A DNA stretch of 64,000 bases from Candidatus Woesearchaeota archaeon. GTDB taxonomy: Archaea; Nanobdellota; Nanobdellia; SCGC-AAA011-G17; CAYUTI01. Position 1 is the first letter of the stretch, and every line of letters begins with the position of its first letter. Location: NCBI GenBank assembly GCA_964447685.1, contig CAYUTI010000002.1, forward strand, positions 13,966-77,965. Direction: 5' to 3'. The notes beneath the pieces were generated by a model, which saw nothing but the letters and a program-made list of their open reading frames with translations, did not search any database and was not told where the DNA came from. Of the stretch, positions 28,167 through 37,971 are shown piece by piece. The position numbers and the translations under genes are program-made.

Positions 28167-30095
28167 TTATAAAGTTACAGTTCGGTCTGGATCAAAGTTG
28201 ATATCAACATTACCACCAGCAGCAGCATTTTTAGCAGATCCTATTTTCTGAGAAACATGTCCCTGAGTAGTAGGAGCATTATCAGTGATTTTACCAGCTT
28301 CAATTGTAGATATGAATAGCTGCTCACCTGCACCAATGTTAGCATTACTATCATGTAGCACATCAGTAATAAGACCATCACCTGCACGAACAGTAACAGT
28401 TGTATCACCATCATGAATAATTACACCAAATGCTGGCATTGTTGCCTCTGCGTTAGCTTTAGCAAGACCAACAGTATTAGCAATAGTTGTTTGATAAACA
28501 ACCATACCTGTTCTATCAGCCGTAGAAGCTGCCATTGTATAAATCTCACCTTCAGGAAGTACAGTACCTGCAAGAGATTCAGCACGTTGAGCAATTGACT
28601 CTGACCTATCAGCAGTACTATCCCCAACAGTTGCAATACTCTGGCTTAATCTTGCAATGCTAATTGTAACCTCTGCCTCACTATCTACTATAGTTGCATA
28701 ACTAAGTGCTAGGTCAGCAATACTATTATCAAGTGCTCCCTGTGATTCTGCTCTACGAGCAATACTGATTCCAAGTTCAGCTTCGCTATCAACTATAGTA
28801 GCATAGCTGTTTGCTCTTACTGCAATTGATTTTGCTATAACACCAAGAGAATCAGCTTCACTAGCTGCATCCTCACCAAGTCTGGCAAGAGATTGACCTC
28901 GTTCACCTATTGATGTAGCTTCACTTGCTCTATCCTCACCTATTCTTGCGATACTAACTGCGATTTCAGCTTCGCTGTCTACTACCGCTGCATAGGATTC
29001 AATTATATTTGCAATGGAATTATCTACGGCTGCCTGAGATTCATTTGCAGTCGCCATTGAACGAGCTTCGCTAACTGCTTCACTAGCATTATCTGCATAA
29101 AGGTCAGCTTCACTTCTTGCTTCAGATGCTTCATCTTCTGCTACTCTTGCAATACTAATTGCATCATCTGCTTCTGATTCTGCTAGAAGTGCAATACTTC
29201 TACCTCGTTGACCTATAGAAGCAGCCTCAGAAATATCTGAGGTCTCAACAGCTACCCTAGCAAGAGATGCTGCACGTTCTGCTATAGAAGATGCTTCAGA
29301 TGCCCTATTTTCTGCAATTTCTGCAATACTGTCAGCTACAAATGCAAGACTAGCTGCTTCACTTAGGTCAGCAGTTCTGGCAAGTGAAAGTGCAAGATGC
29401 CCCATTGATTCAGCAATATCAGAAATACTATTATCAAGTGTTCCTTGTGATTCTGCTCTACGAGCAATGCTTATTCCAAGTTCAGCTTCACTATCAACTA
29501 TTGTTGCATAAGATTCAGCCAATACAGCGATTGAACGAGCTTCACTTGATTTTTCAAGTCTGGCAAGAGATTGACCTCGTTCACCTATTGATGTAGCTTC
29601 ACTTGCTCTACCGATTGCAAGATCAGCAAGACTGTTATCAAGTACTCCCTGTGATTCTGCTTTACGAGCAATTGAAATTGCAAGTTCAGCTTCACTATCA
29701 ACTATGGTAGCTAAACTGTTTGCCCTATCAGCAATACTATTGTCAAGTAGTGCCTGAGATGCATTTAATGTAGCAATTGATCTTGCTTCACTTGCTGCAT
29801 CTGTTCCAGCAGTCTCTGCTGTTCGTGCAAGAGATTCTCCTCTTATGCCAATACTAGTTGCCTCCGAAACACGACCATTAGCAAGATCAGCAACACTATC
29901 TGCAACTACTGCAAAACTTTCTGCCCTATCTGCAATACTGTCTCCTACAATTCCATACGATTGACCTAAAACAGCAATACTTCTAGCAAGTGCTGCTTCA
30001 GATTGACCAGGAGTATTATCTCCAGGTTGAACTACTTTAAGATTTCCTTGATACAATGCCAAAGGTGTAACAGTTGCCATAGTAATTTCCTCCAA
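28167..30095 (-). CDS. Ala/Ser-rich repetitive fibre (shaft) protein, 642 aa
   Basis: Many SIA(R)RAES / DSEAELAISIAR repeats. N-domain shared with 27189-27710; C-domain shared with 30233-30640. Confidence 0.7.
   Translation of the reverse strand: MEEITMATVTPLALYQGNLKVVQPGDNTPGQSEAALARSIAVLGQSYGIVGDSIADRAESFAVVADSVADLANGRVSEATSIGIRGESLARTAETAGTDAASEARSIATLNASQALLDNSIADRANSLATIVDSEAELAISIARKAESQGVLDNSLADLAIGRASEATSIGERGQSLARLEKSSEARSIAVLAESYATIVDSEAELGISIARRAESQGTLDNSISDIAESMGHLALSLARTADLSEAASLAFVADSIAEIAENRASEASSIAERAASLARVAVETSDISEAASIGQRGRSIALLAESEADDAISIARVAEDEASEARSEADLYADNASEAVSEARSMATANESQAAVDNSIANIIESYAAVVDSEAEIAVSIARIGEDRASEATSIGERGQSLARLGEDAASEADSLGVIAKSIAVRANSYATIVDSEAELGISIARRAESQGALDNSIADLALSYATIVDSEAEVTISIARLSQSIATVGDSTADRSESIAQRAESLAGTVLPEGEIYTMAASTADRTGMVVYQTTIANTVGLAKANAEATMPAFGVIIHDGDTTVTVRAGDGLITDVLHDSNANIGAGEQLFISTIEAGKITDNAPTTQGHVSQKIGSAKNAAAGGNVDINFDPDRTVTL
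28400..29900. repeat. dispersed/tandem approx. 80-bp near-identical coding repeats (e.g. 28721-28800, 29431-29510, 29631-29710)
   Basis: Direct comparison of these sequence lines; a further copy sits at about 27440 in the neighbouring gene. Confidence 0.7.
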
Positions 30096-30232
30096 TTTGA
30101 ATTAAAAAAATAATTATTACCAACACCAACATCAACAGCTCTGTCTTCTATATTCGTATTTCTGTTATATATCTATCTACTATGGCTTACAAAATATAAT
30201 TATCTACTATTGTTAAAAGATTTTCTGAATGG

Positions 30233-30640
30233 CTAAAGTTCAATTACTTCACTAATGAGTAAATTGATCTCTATTTTTCCATTTGGTTTTACTTTAACCG
30301 CTGATCCAAGTTTCAAGCATACACCAGAACTTGGGCTTATATTAGTAACTCTTCCAGATTCGAGTGAACTTAAAAATACTGAATTTCCAAAACTGAAACT
30401 AATTCCAGTTTCTGGAACAACATCAACATCACTTCCTGAAAAGTCAACTGAAACACTATTTCCATAATCTCGTTTAATGACTCCGATAGCGTTTGCTGTT
30501 AAAACATCTCCAGCATTTGCTAAACCTACTCTATCGGCATGAGAAGATACTAAATAAACAACAAGACCTCCTCTTCCACTTCCAGACGCTATACCATAAA
30601 TATGAGTTGAATCTTCAATTACTGATCTGATTCGAGGCAT
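30233..30640 (-). CDS. stand-alone paralogue of the fibre C-terminal (tip) domain, 135 aa
   Basis: GGLVVYLVSSHADRVGLANAGDVLTANAIGVI aligns with GMVVYQTTIANTVGLAKANAEATMPAFGVI at the C-terminus of the 642-aa fibre. Confidence 0.5.
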   Translation of the reverse strand: MPRIRSVIEDSTHIYGIASGSGRGGLVVYLVSSHADRVGLANAGDVLTANAIGVIKRDYGNSVSVDFSGSDVDVVPETGISFSFGNSVFLSSLESGRVTNISPSSGVCLKLGSAVKVKPNGKIEINLLISEVIEL

Positions 30641-30721
30641 ATTTACCTCCTTGCTATTAGATTTTTTGCTTTAAGTCGTTTTCCATTTCTATCAAAAATA
30701 AACTATGCAGATTTTTGAGCT

Positions 30722-31606
30722 TTATCTAAATTTGGATACATGATTATTTAAAAGCTGATATCGTTTCTGTTTTAGTAAGTCAATATTTCTTTGTTTTCTA
30801 AGTTTGAATTTTTCTAAAGACTCATCATTCATTTGCTGCGTTGAAACACCTCCATGATGAATAACATAAGTCTTTAAATCTAAAGCTAACTTATAACCTG
30901 GATCAGGATGGCGATAATGCTGAAGTCTAAAACAAAAGTCGTCGTCATCTCCTCCCATATCAAAGTCTTCATCAATTAATCCTACTTTATTAAAAACTTC
31001 TATAGGAAAACATACAGCAAAGAAAGCTAACATTCCTGACATAACCATGTAATTCTTATTAAGCTCTGCAAGCTTGTTATTGATTAAATTAAGGTTCAAG
31101 TTATCAAACCGAGGCACTGTTTTAAATCGTTCAGCTACGTTGTTAATATACTGCCAGTCTCTTTCACAGCTATTTAGTGGCCCAACAGCTCCTATTTGTT
31201 CATCACTTTGAAGCACTCCAACCATATTATCGATCCAGTTGTTACCAACTTCGATATCATCATTTAAAAAGAACACATAATCATAATCACGTTCTAAAAT
31301 AAGCTGTAAACAATGATTAAGGCCACCAGCCCAAAACACGTTTTTCTCACTCGGAATAAGAACAGTGTTATAAAGTTTATTACTTTTAGCGTAAAGTTGA
31401 CCATGTTCATCAGGTTTGTTATCAAATAGAAATAGATGCCAATCAGCATGATTTTTTGATCTGTATATACTTAATAAAGTTTTATATAAGTGGCCACTAT
31501 TATAAGTAACACAAATTAGTGCTACTTTAACATTCTTAAGTTTTTCAATCCTAATTTCTTCATACATAATAGAGTTATCTTTACATGATAAACCTATAGA
31601 TGTCAT
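30722..31606 (-). CDS. family-2 glycosyltransferase (GT-A fold, DxD motif FLNDDIEV)
   Basis: ICVTYNSGHLY...LFDNKPDE...FLNDD pattern typical of GT2. Confidence 0.7.
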   Translation of the reverse strand: MTSIGLSCKDNSIMYEEIRIEKLKNVKVALICVTYNSGHLYKTLLSIYRSKNHADWHLFLFDNKPDEHGQLYAKSNKLYNTVLIPSEKNVFWAGGLNHCLQLILERDYDYVFFLNDDIEVGNNWIDNMVGVLQSDEQIGAVGPLNSCERDWQYINNVAERFKTVPRFDNLNLNLINNKLAELNKNYMVMSGMLAFFAVCFPIEVFNKVGLIDEDFDMGGDDDDFCFRLQHYRHPDPGYKLALDLKTYVIHHGGVSTQQMNDESLEKFKLRKQRNIDLLKQKRYQLLNNHVSKFR

Positions 31607-31667
31607 AATAATACCTCCATATGGTATTTTCTTATTAATAAACTGTTAAGTTTTTATTTTTAACTTA

Positions 31668-32636
31668 TTATAGAGAATTGTATAAGCTGATGAATTTCTG
31701 TACTGCTTTTCTCATACAGAAGGTCTCTCTGGCATAATCAACGTTAAGTTGGATCTGTTTATCTGGATTTGTTTTCAAATCATCCCATGCTTGAGAAACA
31801 GCGTTAACAATTGAAGGTGTATGCCTGTTACACACATATTTAGTATGTTCATCTGTATAGGCAACAACGCTGCATCCAAAAGCCATGGCTTCCATCGAAT
31901 CTCTTGAAAATATTCCGTTATAATTACTATTAAAGCTTATATCAGCTCCAGCAAGAAACATTCTCAAATCGCTAAACTTGTGTTCATAGTGTTCAAGGCT
32001 ATTGCTTATTTGATTAGATTTTAAAACTAAATTGTCCCAACTTGAAGCAGAAGCTACGCTTATTCCGAAAACGTTAAGTCTTGCAGTAGGAATCTTTTTT
32101 CTTATATCAGGAATAGCCCAAAATAGAGGAGCAGGATTCTTATTAATCCTTATATTTGATGTTGAAATTATAGCTGGTCTAAATCGATATTGATATGGTT
32201 GGATCGCTGTTATATCATATTTATCCATATCAATTGCATCTGGAATATATACAACGTTATCGCCATAATTTTTCATGATTTGATAATCGTATTTTGTAAT
32301 AGCAACTATCTTTTTAAATGTTTTCATGAATTCAATATGCATATCAAACTTTTTAGATTTACCACTGCTTTCGATATCATGAAGAACTAAGATCTCAGAT
32401 GTTCCATGAAGGATAGCTAAGTTTTTCTTTTTAGAAAGAAGATGCATTAGCTTTGCAGGAATAGATCTATGAAGTACCCATACATCACATTCATGAGCAG
32501 CGCTCCATGGTTTAGCTACTACTTCCCTGTCACGATACCTATTAGGATCTGGATTTTCTATATCACTAATAAATAAATATGGTTCAAGTCCTGCTTTTTT
32601 TTCCTGCCTACACATGTCTATGCAATATTCGTGCAA
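31668..32636 (-). CDS. GT-B fold (GT4-like) glycosyltransferase, 322 aa
   Basis: FSRDSMEAMAFGCSVVAY matches the E-x7-E / EAMAxGxPV motif. The first codon is TTG; the true start may be the internal ATG at about 32615. Confidence 0.6.
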   Translation of the reverse strand: MHEYCIDMCRQEKKAGLEPYLFISDIENPDPNRYRDREVVAKPWSAAHECDVWVLHRSIPAKLMHLLSKKKNLAILHGTSEILVLHDIESSGKSKKFDMHIEFMKTFKKIVAITKYDYQIMKNYGDNVVYIPDAIDMDKYDITAIQPYQYRFRPAIISTSNIRINKNPAPLFWAIPDIRKKIPTARLNVFGISVASASSWDNLVLKSNQISNSLEHYEHKFSDLRMFLAGADISFNSNYNGIFSRDSMEAMAFGCSVVAYTDEHTKYVCNRHTPSIVNAVSQAWDDLKTNPDKQIQLNVDYARETFCMRKAVQKFISLYNSL

Positions 32637-32664
32637 ACCGCTGAGATTGGGTCGATTTTGTTAC

Positions 32665-32672
32665 TATTTATA
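32665..32672 (-). promoter_or_regulatory. T4 late-promoter-like TATAAATA upstream of the GT gene
   Basis: Exact octamer on the - strand, about 28 nt upstream of the start. Confidence 0.3.
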
Positions 32673-33050
32673 TATAAATAGGGTAAGTGATTTCTCCTTA
32701 CCTCTTTATGTTTCCATAAAGTCCAGACTATATCATCAACCTTAAAAATGTTTTAAAGGCTGTCGGGCGCTACCTATAGGAATCACTCCCTATAAGTGAA
32801 AAACTCTTCATAGTTTTAAAATTAAACCTTAGAAGTTTTTTCTAAGTCGTTGAACCTTTCCACTAATTTATTAGTAGACTTGGCTGCTGATTACCCAATT
32901 CTTTAACTTTTCAAACATTCACGCTCATCGTTTCCAACCACGTTGTAGTGTAAAGACTCTCAGGGCTTTCCAGCAATTCACCCGATTTGCAAACCAATAT
33001 TACTATTGATTGGGGTTATATATTAGCCCATAAACTAAAATGTGCAATTT

Positions 33051-33365
33051 TCATATTATCTCCTTTATACTTTCTACTTTATTAAAATAAGATAAATCAC
33101 TACTATCTAAAAACCACCATTCACAATATTTTCTATTTTGATTAGTCATAGTATGACAACTTCTACAAAGAGTAATTAAATTATTTTTATTATTATTGTT
33201 CTTAATGTAATCAATATGATGTACGGAATTTCCACAATCACCGCAAATCTGACAAATGTAATTATCTCTTTCCCTAATATAAGTTTTAATTAAATAAAAC
33301 TCTTTAGGATATTTTTCAAAAGAAGTACCTCCATTCCAATTAGGGTTTCCTTCTAAAGAATACAT
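33051..33365 (-). CDS. HNH homing endonuclease (104 aa)
   Basis: CQICGDCGNSVHHIDYIKNNNNKNNLITLCRSCH is a complete HNH motif. Confidence 0.75.
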   Translation of the reverse strand: MYSLEGNPNWNGGTSFEKYPKEFYLIKTYIRERDNYICQICGDCGNSVHHIDYIKNNNNKNNLITLCRSCHTMTNQNRKYCEWWFLDSSDLSYFNKVESIKEII

Positions 33366-33502
33366 ATTAGAAAAATAAAGTTTTTTACACTTATTACTAC
33401 ATGTCTTAACAGTATTCTTTTGATTTGGAAAAACTTCAATTCCAGAATTACAAACTATACAACCCTTTTAAAGATTGAGATAATTTATTTCTAAATTCGG
33501 GG

Positions 33503-33601
33503 TTACTTGCTTTCTCTCTGTTTTGATCTTGAATCAGTTACTTTGTTACCACATTTACAAAAATACCTAATCTTACCATCAATTATTTTCTTTATTGCCA
33601 T
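33503..33601 (-). pseudogene. 32-aa ORF (MAIKKIIDGKIRYFCKCGNKV...) plus a downstream in-frame Cys-rich stretch; possible decayed N-terminal zinc-finger portion of the HNH gene
   Basis: Frames checked by hand: they cannot be joined by a single shift, which suggests decay rather than programmed frameshifting. Confidence 0.25.
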
Positions 33602-33696
33602 AGTAATCTCCGCTAAAGATTAAATATAAATAAAGAAGTTAGACTGAATATTAGCGGTATTCAATCAAGACCGGCCAAAGTCCTGTCCTCCTATAT

Positions 33697-34194
33697 TTAT
33701 TTTATGCGTTCCCATCCATTTATTCTATTCTTATTATCGATATCATAACCGCTGATACCTTTGTATTCCCAAAGTTGACCGTTAGCAAGTTTGACAATCT
33801 CACCATAACCAGCACTATGTTTTGGTTTAACTTTGCTAATATCGTTGTGGCTAACTTTATGGCTGTAATTAGTCGGAACAATTTTTCCAGACTTACCGGG
33901 TTTGGAAGCGATACCACCACCAAAAATAGTATTAATATCACGCATCCTGATTTTCTTTTTAGTGAGTGGAATCTCTTTTCCATCAATAACGACAATTATC
34001 TTAGCACCGAAATCTGAAATTTCATCTGCTTTAAAACTGATCTTATCAGATAATCCATTATCGATAGCATCTGTTAGTTTGTTAACAGCAAGAGCGTACC
34101 ATGCAGGGCCATCCATATACCTGTTATTCAAACTCCTGTTAACGGTTTTCATATCATGCTTGATAACATTAGATAGAATCTTAACATATTTCAT
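33697..34194 (-). CDS. MKYV-family protein, 165 aa
   Basis: N-terminus MKYVKILSN. Confidence 0.5.
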   Translation of the reverse strand: MKYVKILSNVIKHDMKTVNRSLNNRYMDGPAWYALAVNKLTDAIDNGLSDKISFKADEISDFGAKIIVVIDGKEIPLTKKKIRMRDINTIFGGGIASKPGKSGKIVPTNYSHKVSHNDISKVKPKHSAGYGEIVKLANGQLWEYKGISGYDIDNKNRINGWERIK

Positions 34195-34204
34195 TATTAC
34201 CTCA

Positions 34205-34621
34205 TTAAGCTGAATATTTTAACCATGCCAAAGCTTCATTCTTGCTATCGAAAAATGTTATTACGTTTATCTTTCCTTGTGAAACAACAATATACCTATT
34301 TTTAATTGGTTTAATATTGCCACCCCAAATATCAAATTTTTCAACAGCGGTATCCTGCTTACTATAAACAGGAACTTCAAAAACTGATAAATTTCCCTTC
34401 TTTTTTAAAGGAGTATGATTATTAGCATAATTAACTAAACCCTTTGTCAAAGAGTTATCTTGATTTTTGTCACCTTGTTTATCAGTTATATAAGTTGATC
34501 TAACAGGTACTGCAATACCACTTCCTGGACTGTAACTAATCCAGAAAGTAATATTTTGGAAAAATATTTTATCTCCTTTATCCCCTGTAGCAGAATCAAC
34601 TTTAACTTTTACGTATTTCAT
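34205..34621 (-). CDS. MKYV-family protein, 138 aa
   Basis: N-terminus MKYVKVKVD. Confidence 0.5.
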   Translation of the reverse strand: MKYVKVKVDSATGDKGDKIFFQNITFWISYSPGSGIAVPVRSTYITDKQGDKNQDNSLTKGLVNYANNHTPLKKKGNLSVFEVPVYSKQDTAVEKFDIWGGNIKPIKNRYIVVSQGKINVITFFDSKNEALAWLKYSA

Positions 34622-34649
34622 TGTAACCTCACAATTTGAATTTTAAGTT

Positions 34650-34832
34650 TTAAAGTGCTGCAATACTTTCCCATTCCAAAGCCCAATCCTGATTTTCATC
34701 TCGTGTAATACCATAAATCTTGTGTTCACCAGTACTTGGAATTGATCTAATTGCATTACTGCTAACTTCTCTTGCAATTGATTCCACCTCTGGAAAAGCA
34801 ATAGTGTTATCTGAAAAATATCGAAAACTCAT
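34650..34832 (-). CDS. hypothetical protein, 60 aa
   Basis: ORF track. Confidence 0.35.
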   Translation of the reverse strand: MSFRYFSDNTIAFPEVESIAREVSSNAIRSIPSTGEHKIYGITRDENQDWALEWESIAAL

Positions 34833-34861
34833 AATGTTCTCCTTGATTTATTATTTAGTAA

Positions 34862-37171
34862 CTACAATATTTGCATATTGTTTATGTTAAGATCTGTAAT
34901 AGTCTTAATAGAATTAATCATTTCATTCTTTGTGCTGTCATTTTCTGAAACAACAAAAGATAAACTATTAAAATAAATTTCTAACATAAACTTTTTATTC
35001 TGTAAGATAATAAATTGATTATAAGTACCATCATTTCCATAGCTGATTGCATAGTCATTTAATAAAGGTTTAAAAAGATCTTTAAATTCATTCTCAGTAA
35101 ACTCTTTATTATGATAGGCTGAATCCCAAAGATTTCCATCTGGTTTAGCAAGAGGTGTTGTTAATACTGCAATTTTTGGATTCATATCTTTAATTTTGAG
35201 AACAGCATTTTCAGGATTTGTAAAATGCTCAATAACCTGACTCAATAACAGACAATCTAAATTATGGTTATTTGGCAAATCAAAGAAGCTTTGAATTGTC
35301 ATTTCTATTTTTGTATCAGGTGGAAGAGGTAATGATTTTACAACTTCAGTAATCATTTTTTCAGCAAGAGTAACTGCAAATTTGTTTGTTTCAATTATAT
35401 TTACATTGAAACCTTTTCTTGCCAGCTTAAAAGCAATAGCTCCGTCACCACCACCGATATCTGCAATATTTTTGAAATCATGTATCTCTCTAAGCTTTTC
35501 AAATATGTTAATTAAACTATCAACATAGTTATTGTATATAGCATCTTTACTGTTCCAGTGATAAGGCCCTAATCGCTCATATTTATCAAATGTTTTACTG
35601 GTTTTAACTTCGCTTAAATTACTTGAACCAACAGCAATATTATTCTCAGCAAGATAAGTTCTCAGAGATAATGCCAAGTTTGCAACCGAAGCTTTAATAT
35701 CACCGATTTCGTTTTTAATAAAAGCTTGACCTTGTTCTTTAGTAAGAGTTCCTGTTTTAACTGCGTTATCAGCTTTATTTTTATTTACGATTTCATTAAG
35801 TATTGATATAGTTTCTTCTTTAGTAAGTTCAGTCTTAACTTCAGAAGGTTTAACTACTTCGTTCTTAACAATCTCACCAGCAATATAAGATTTATTGTTT
35901 TTAATAGCTTCATTTATTTTATCATCAGAAGGTGACGCTGATGTTTTAACTTCTATACTATTTACTTTACTTTGTACAGGAATAGAAGTAGTGCTTGCAA
36001 CAGGCTCTGGTTTAGGAACAGGTATTTGAATCTGATTTCTTTGTTTATTTATAGATGCTTCAATTTCAACAGCCTTAACATTATCAGTTTCAAGTTTATT
36101 TTTAATGATACTATTAAAACTAACAATTGATTTTATAACAGCCTCATTATCAATGGAATTAGATTGAATTTTTTCTAATTGATTATTCATAAAATCTATC
36201 CATCGATCAGTGTAATTGTCCCAGTTAAGTTTTGAAACTTCAGTACGCCCCATTTTTCCAAAAGCAAGTCTTATCTTATCATTATTTTTATATAGTAAAA
36301 TTCTTTTAATAAGAAGATCACTGCTCAGATCAGGACGTTTCATAACTAATGCTGTCTTGTGATGAAACGCAAAATCTTGAGTTCCTATATCTGTACAAAT
36401 TACAGGAAGCTCACAAGCCATAGCTTCAGCAGCGCAATTTTGCCAACCTGCTAATGTCTCACAACTAATATAACAATTATAGCTACTATAAATATTTTTC
36501 ATATCCTCTTGAGGAATATTAATATGGCTTGCTACATCGTTGTTTAGATTGATTAAAGGTTCTGTTGCAATATATCCAAATTTGATATCTTTATAATCTT
36601 TAGAAAGTTTGTTACAGGCATCGATTATAATATTGAGGTTTTTCCAAGGCCTATTACGTCCTTGAAATAATACTTTAAACTTATTAAACTCTCTTGCAGT
36701 ATTAACCTTTCTAAACATATCAAGATTAATAGCACCTGGAATAGTATGCCAGTTTAAAGGTATTTCAACATCTTTTAGATGTTCAGGATTTTGAGCTTCC
36801 CAACCAGAGCCATTGCCTACAACAACTATTTTTGGATCATAGATAACCTTTCCATATTGACCGATTATATAATTACTCCAATATGGAAAAATAATGTTAA
36901 TAATTTTTAATGGTGCCTTGCTAAGATAAATATTTTTACTTAGGCCAGCATCACCACAAATACAAACATCAGCATCATAGTCTTTTAAATTGATAAGTGG
37001 CTGTATTGATTTTTGTGGAAAATTTATTTCTCTTACGAAATCTGTTACTAATGGGTTTTGTGCGTGAATTACAACTTCACAGTCTTTATCAATAAGACGT
37101 TTCCCAAATTCTAAATATCTGCGTACTCCACCATATTTTTTAAAGTGTGGTAGTAAAATTGATATTTTCAT
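34862..37171 (-). CDS. bifunctional GT-B glycosyltransferase (N-terminal) / class-I SAM-dependent methyltransferase (C-terminal), 769 aa
   Basis: AAEAMACELPVICTDIG is a GT4-type motif. The C-terminal IADIGGGDGAIAFKLA is methyltransferase motif I. ATG and aggag RBS confirmed. Confidence 0.75.
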   Translation of the reverse strand: MKISILLPHFKKYGGVRRYLEFGKRLIDKDCEVVIHAQNPLVTDFVREINFPQKSIQPLINLKDYDADVCICGDAGLSKNIYLSKAPLKIINIIFPYWSNYIIGQYGKVIYDPKIVVVGNGSGWEAQNPEHLKDVEIPLNWHTIPGAINLDMFRKVNTAREFNKFKVLFQGRNRPWKNLNIIIDACNKLSKDYKDIKFGYIATEPLINLNNDVASHINIPQEDMKNIYSSYNCYISCETLAGWQNCAAEAMACELPVICTDIGTQDFAFHHKTALVMKRPDLSSDLLIKRILLYKNNDKIRLAFGKMGRTEVSKLNWDNYTDRWIDFMNNQLEKIQSNSIDNEAVIKSIVSFNSIIKNKLETDNVKAVEIEASINKQRNQIQIPVPKPEPVASTTSIPVQSKVNSIEVKTSASPSDDKINEAIKNNKSYIAGEIVKNEVVKPSEVKTELTKEETISILNEIVNKNKADNAVKTGTLTKEQGQAFIKNEIGDIKASVANLALSLRTYLAENNIAVGSSNLSEVKTSKTFDKYERLGPYHWNSKDAIYNNYVDSLINIFEKLREIHDFKNIADIGGGDGAIAFKLARKGFNVNIIETNKFAVTLAEKMITEVVKSLPLPPDTKIEMTIQSFFDLPNNHNLDCLLLSQVIEHFTNPENAVLKIKDMNPKIAVLTTPLAKPDGNLWDSAYHNKEFTENEFKDLFKPLLNDYAISYGNDGTYNQFIILQNKKFMLEIYFNSLSFVVSENDSTKNEMINSIKTITDLNINNMQIL

Positions 37172-37204
37172 TCAATATCTCCTGTTTTACTTTAGATGTT
37201 TTTA

Positions 37205-37570
37205 TTAAACAGCTATGTTATAATTTTTTATTCCAGATTTGGTGTACTTAGCACCATTCTTTAAAAGCCAATCAACTTTTTCTTCAAAAGAAGGATTGCC
37301 TTTCTTACTCCATGTATTAAAATCTACTTTTTTATTAAACTGTTTAAACTGATTTAAAAGAGAATAAACAAATTCTTTTTTTAGCCGATCACTTGAAGTA
37401 TCTTTAAGCTTAGAATTTTTAAACTCTTTCCAAGTAGCCTCCCTCAAATCTGATTTAGATTTATCATCTGTGGGATAATAAAAAAATAGACCTAATCTAC
37501 CTGTTTTTGAATCTTGATATATTCCTTTAGATTCAGGTTGATCATCAGAAAGTATTTTAACATATTTCAT
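37205..37570 (-). CDS. MKYV-family protein, 121 aa
   Basis: N-terminus MKYVKILSD; aaggagg RBS. Confidence 0.5.
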   Translation of the reverse strand: MKYVKILSDDQPESKGIYQDSKTGRLGLFFYYPTDDKSKSDLREATWKEFKNSKLKDTSSDRLKKEFVYSLLNQFKQFNKKVDFNTWSKKGNPSFEEKVDWLLKNGAKYTKSGIKNYNIAV

Positions 37571-37586
37571 TATTAATCCTCCTTTT

Positions 37587-37922
37587 TTAAGGAACTGTTA
37601 TAGTCTTTAATTGTCCATCAAAAGTAAATGATATGCTATTAGCTGCATTACTCGTTCTAACTCGAATTGTCTGATCATTTGTCAAAGCAATTGGAATTTG
37701 AAAACCATCATTAGCTGGAACATTTTTATCTTTAAATTTCCATTCTTCAATACCAGCAGCACCTGGATGGAATGTAACAGCTAAACTTGCTTTCTGAATA
37801 ATTGAAGTTACATTACAAATCGTAACCAAACCTATTGCTGTTTGTCCAATACCTGGAGCATAAAATTCTTCTTCTGTCGTAACAGTTGGACAGATAGTTG
37901 CTATTAATCCATAATAAAGCAT
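37587..37922 (-). CDS. hypothetical protein, 111 aa
   Basis: ORF track. Confidence 0.45.
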   Translation of the reverse strand: MLYYGLIATICPTVTTEEEFYAPGIGQTAIGLVTICNVTSIIQKASLAVTFHPGAAGIEEWKFKDKNVPANDGFQIPIALTNDQTIRVRTSNAANSISFTFDGQLKTITVP

Positions 37923-37971
37923 ATTAACCTCTTACTATTTACTGTTATCATTGATGTTAATCTTAACGTTA

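Noticed and set aside
28400-29900. Possible CRISPR-like repeat array
   Set aside because: The repeats are approx. 80 bp, in frame within a fibre gene, and have no unique spacers; they are a coding repeat, not CRISPR.
32637-33050. tRNA or group I intron in the GC-rich island
   Set aside because: No cloverleaf with T-loop GTTCRANYC and matching acceptor stem could be found by eye. Flanking ORFs look intact with their own starts, so a spliced gene is unsupported. It is retained only as a structured-RNA candidate.
33366-33601. Programmed -1 frameshift joining the 32-aa ORF to the HNH ORF
   Set aside because: Frame analysis shows the downstream frame is closed by a TAA (33468-33470) before the upstream frame ends (33503), so no single shift joins them. 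Decay is more likely.
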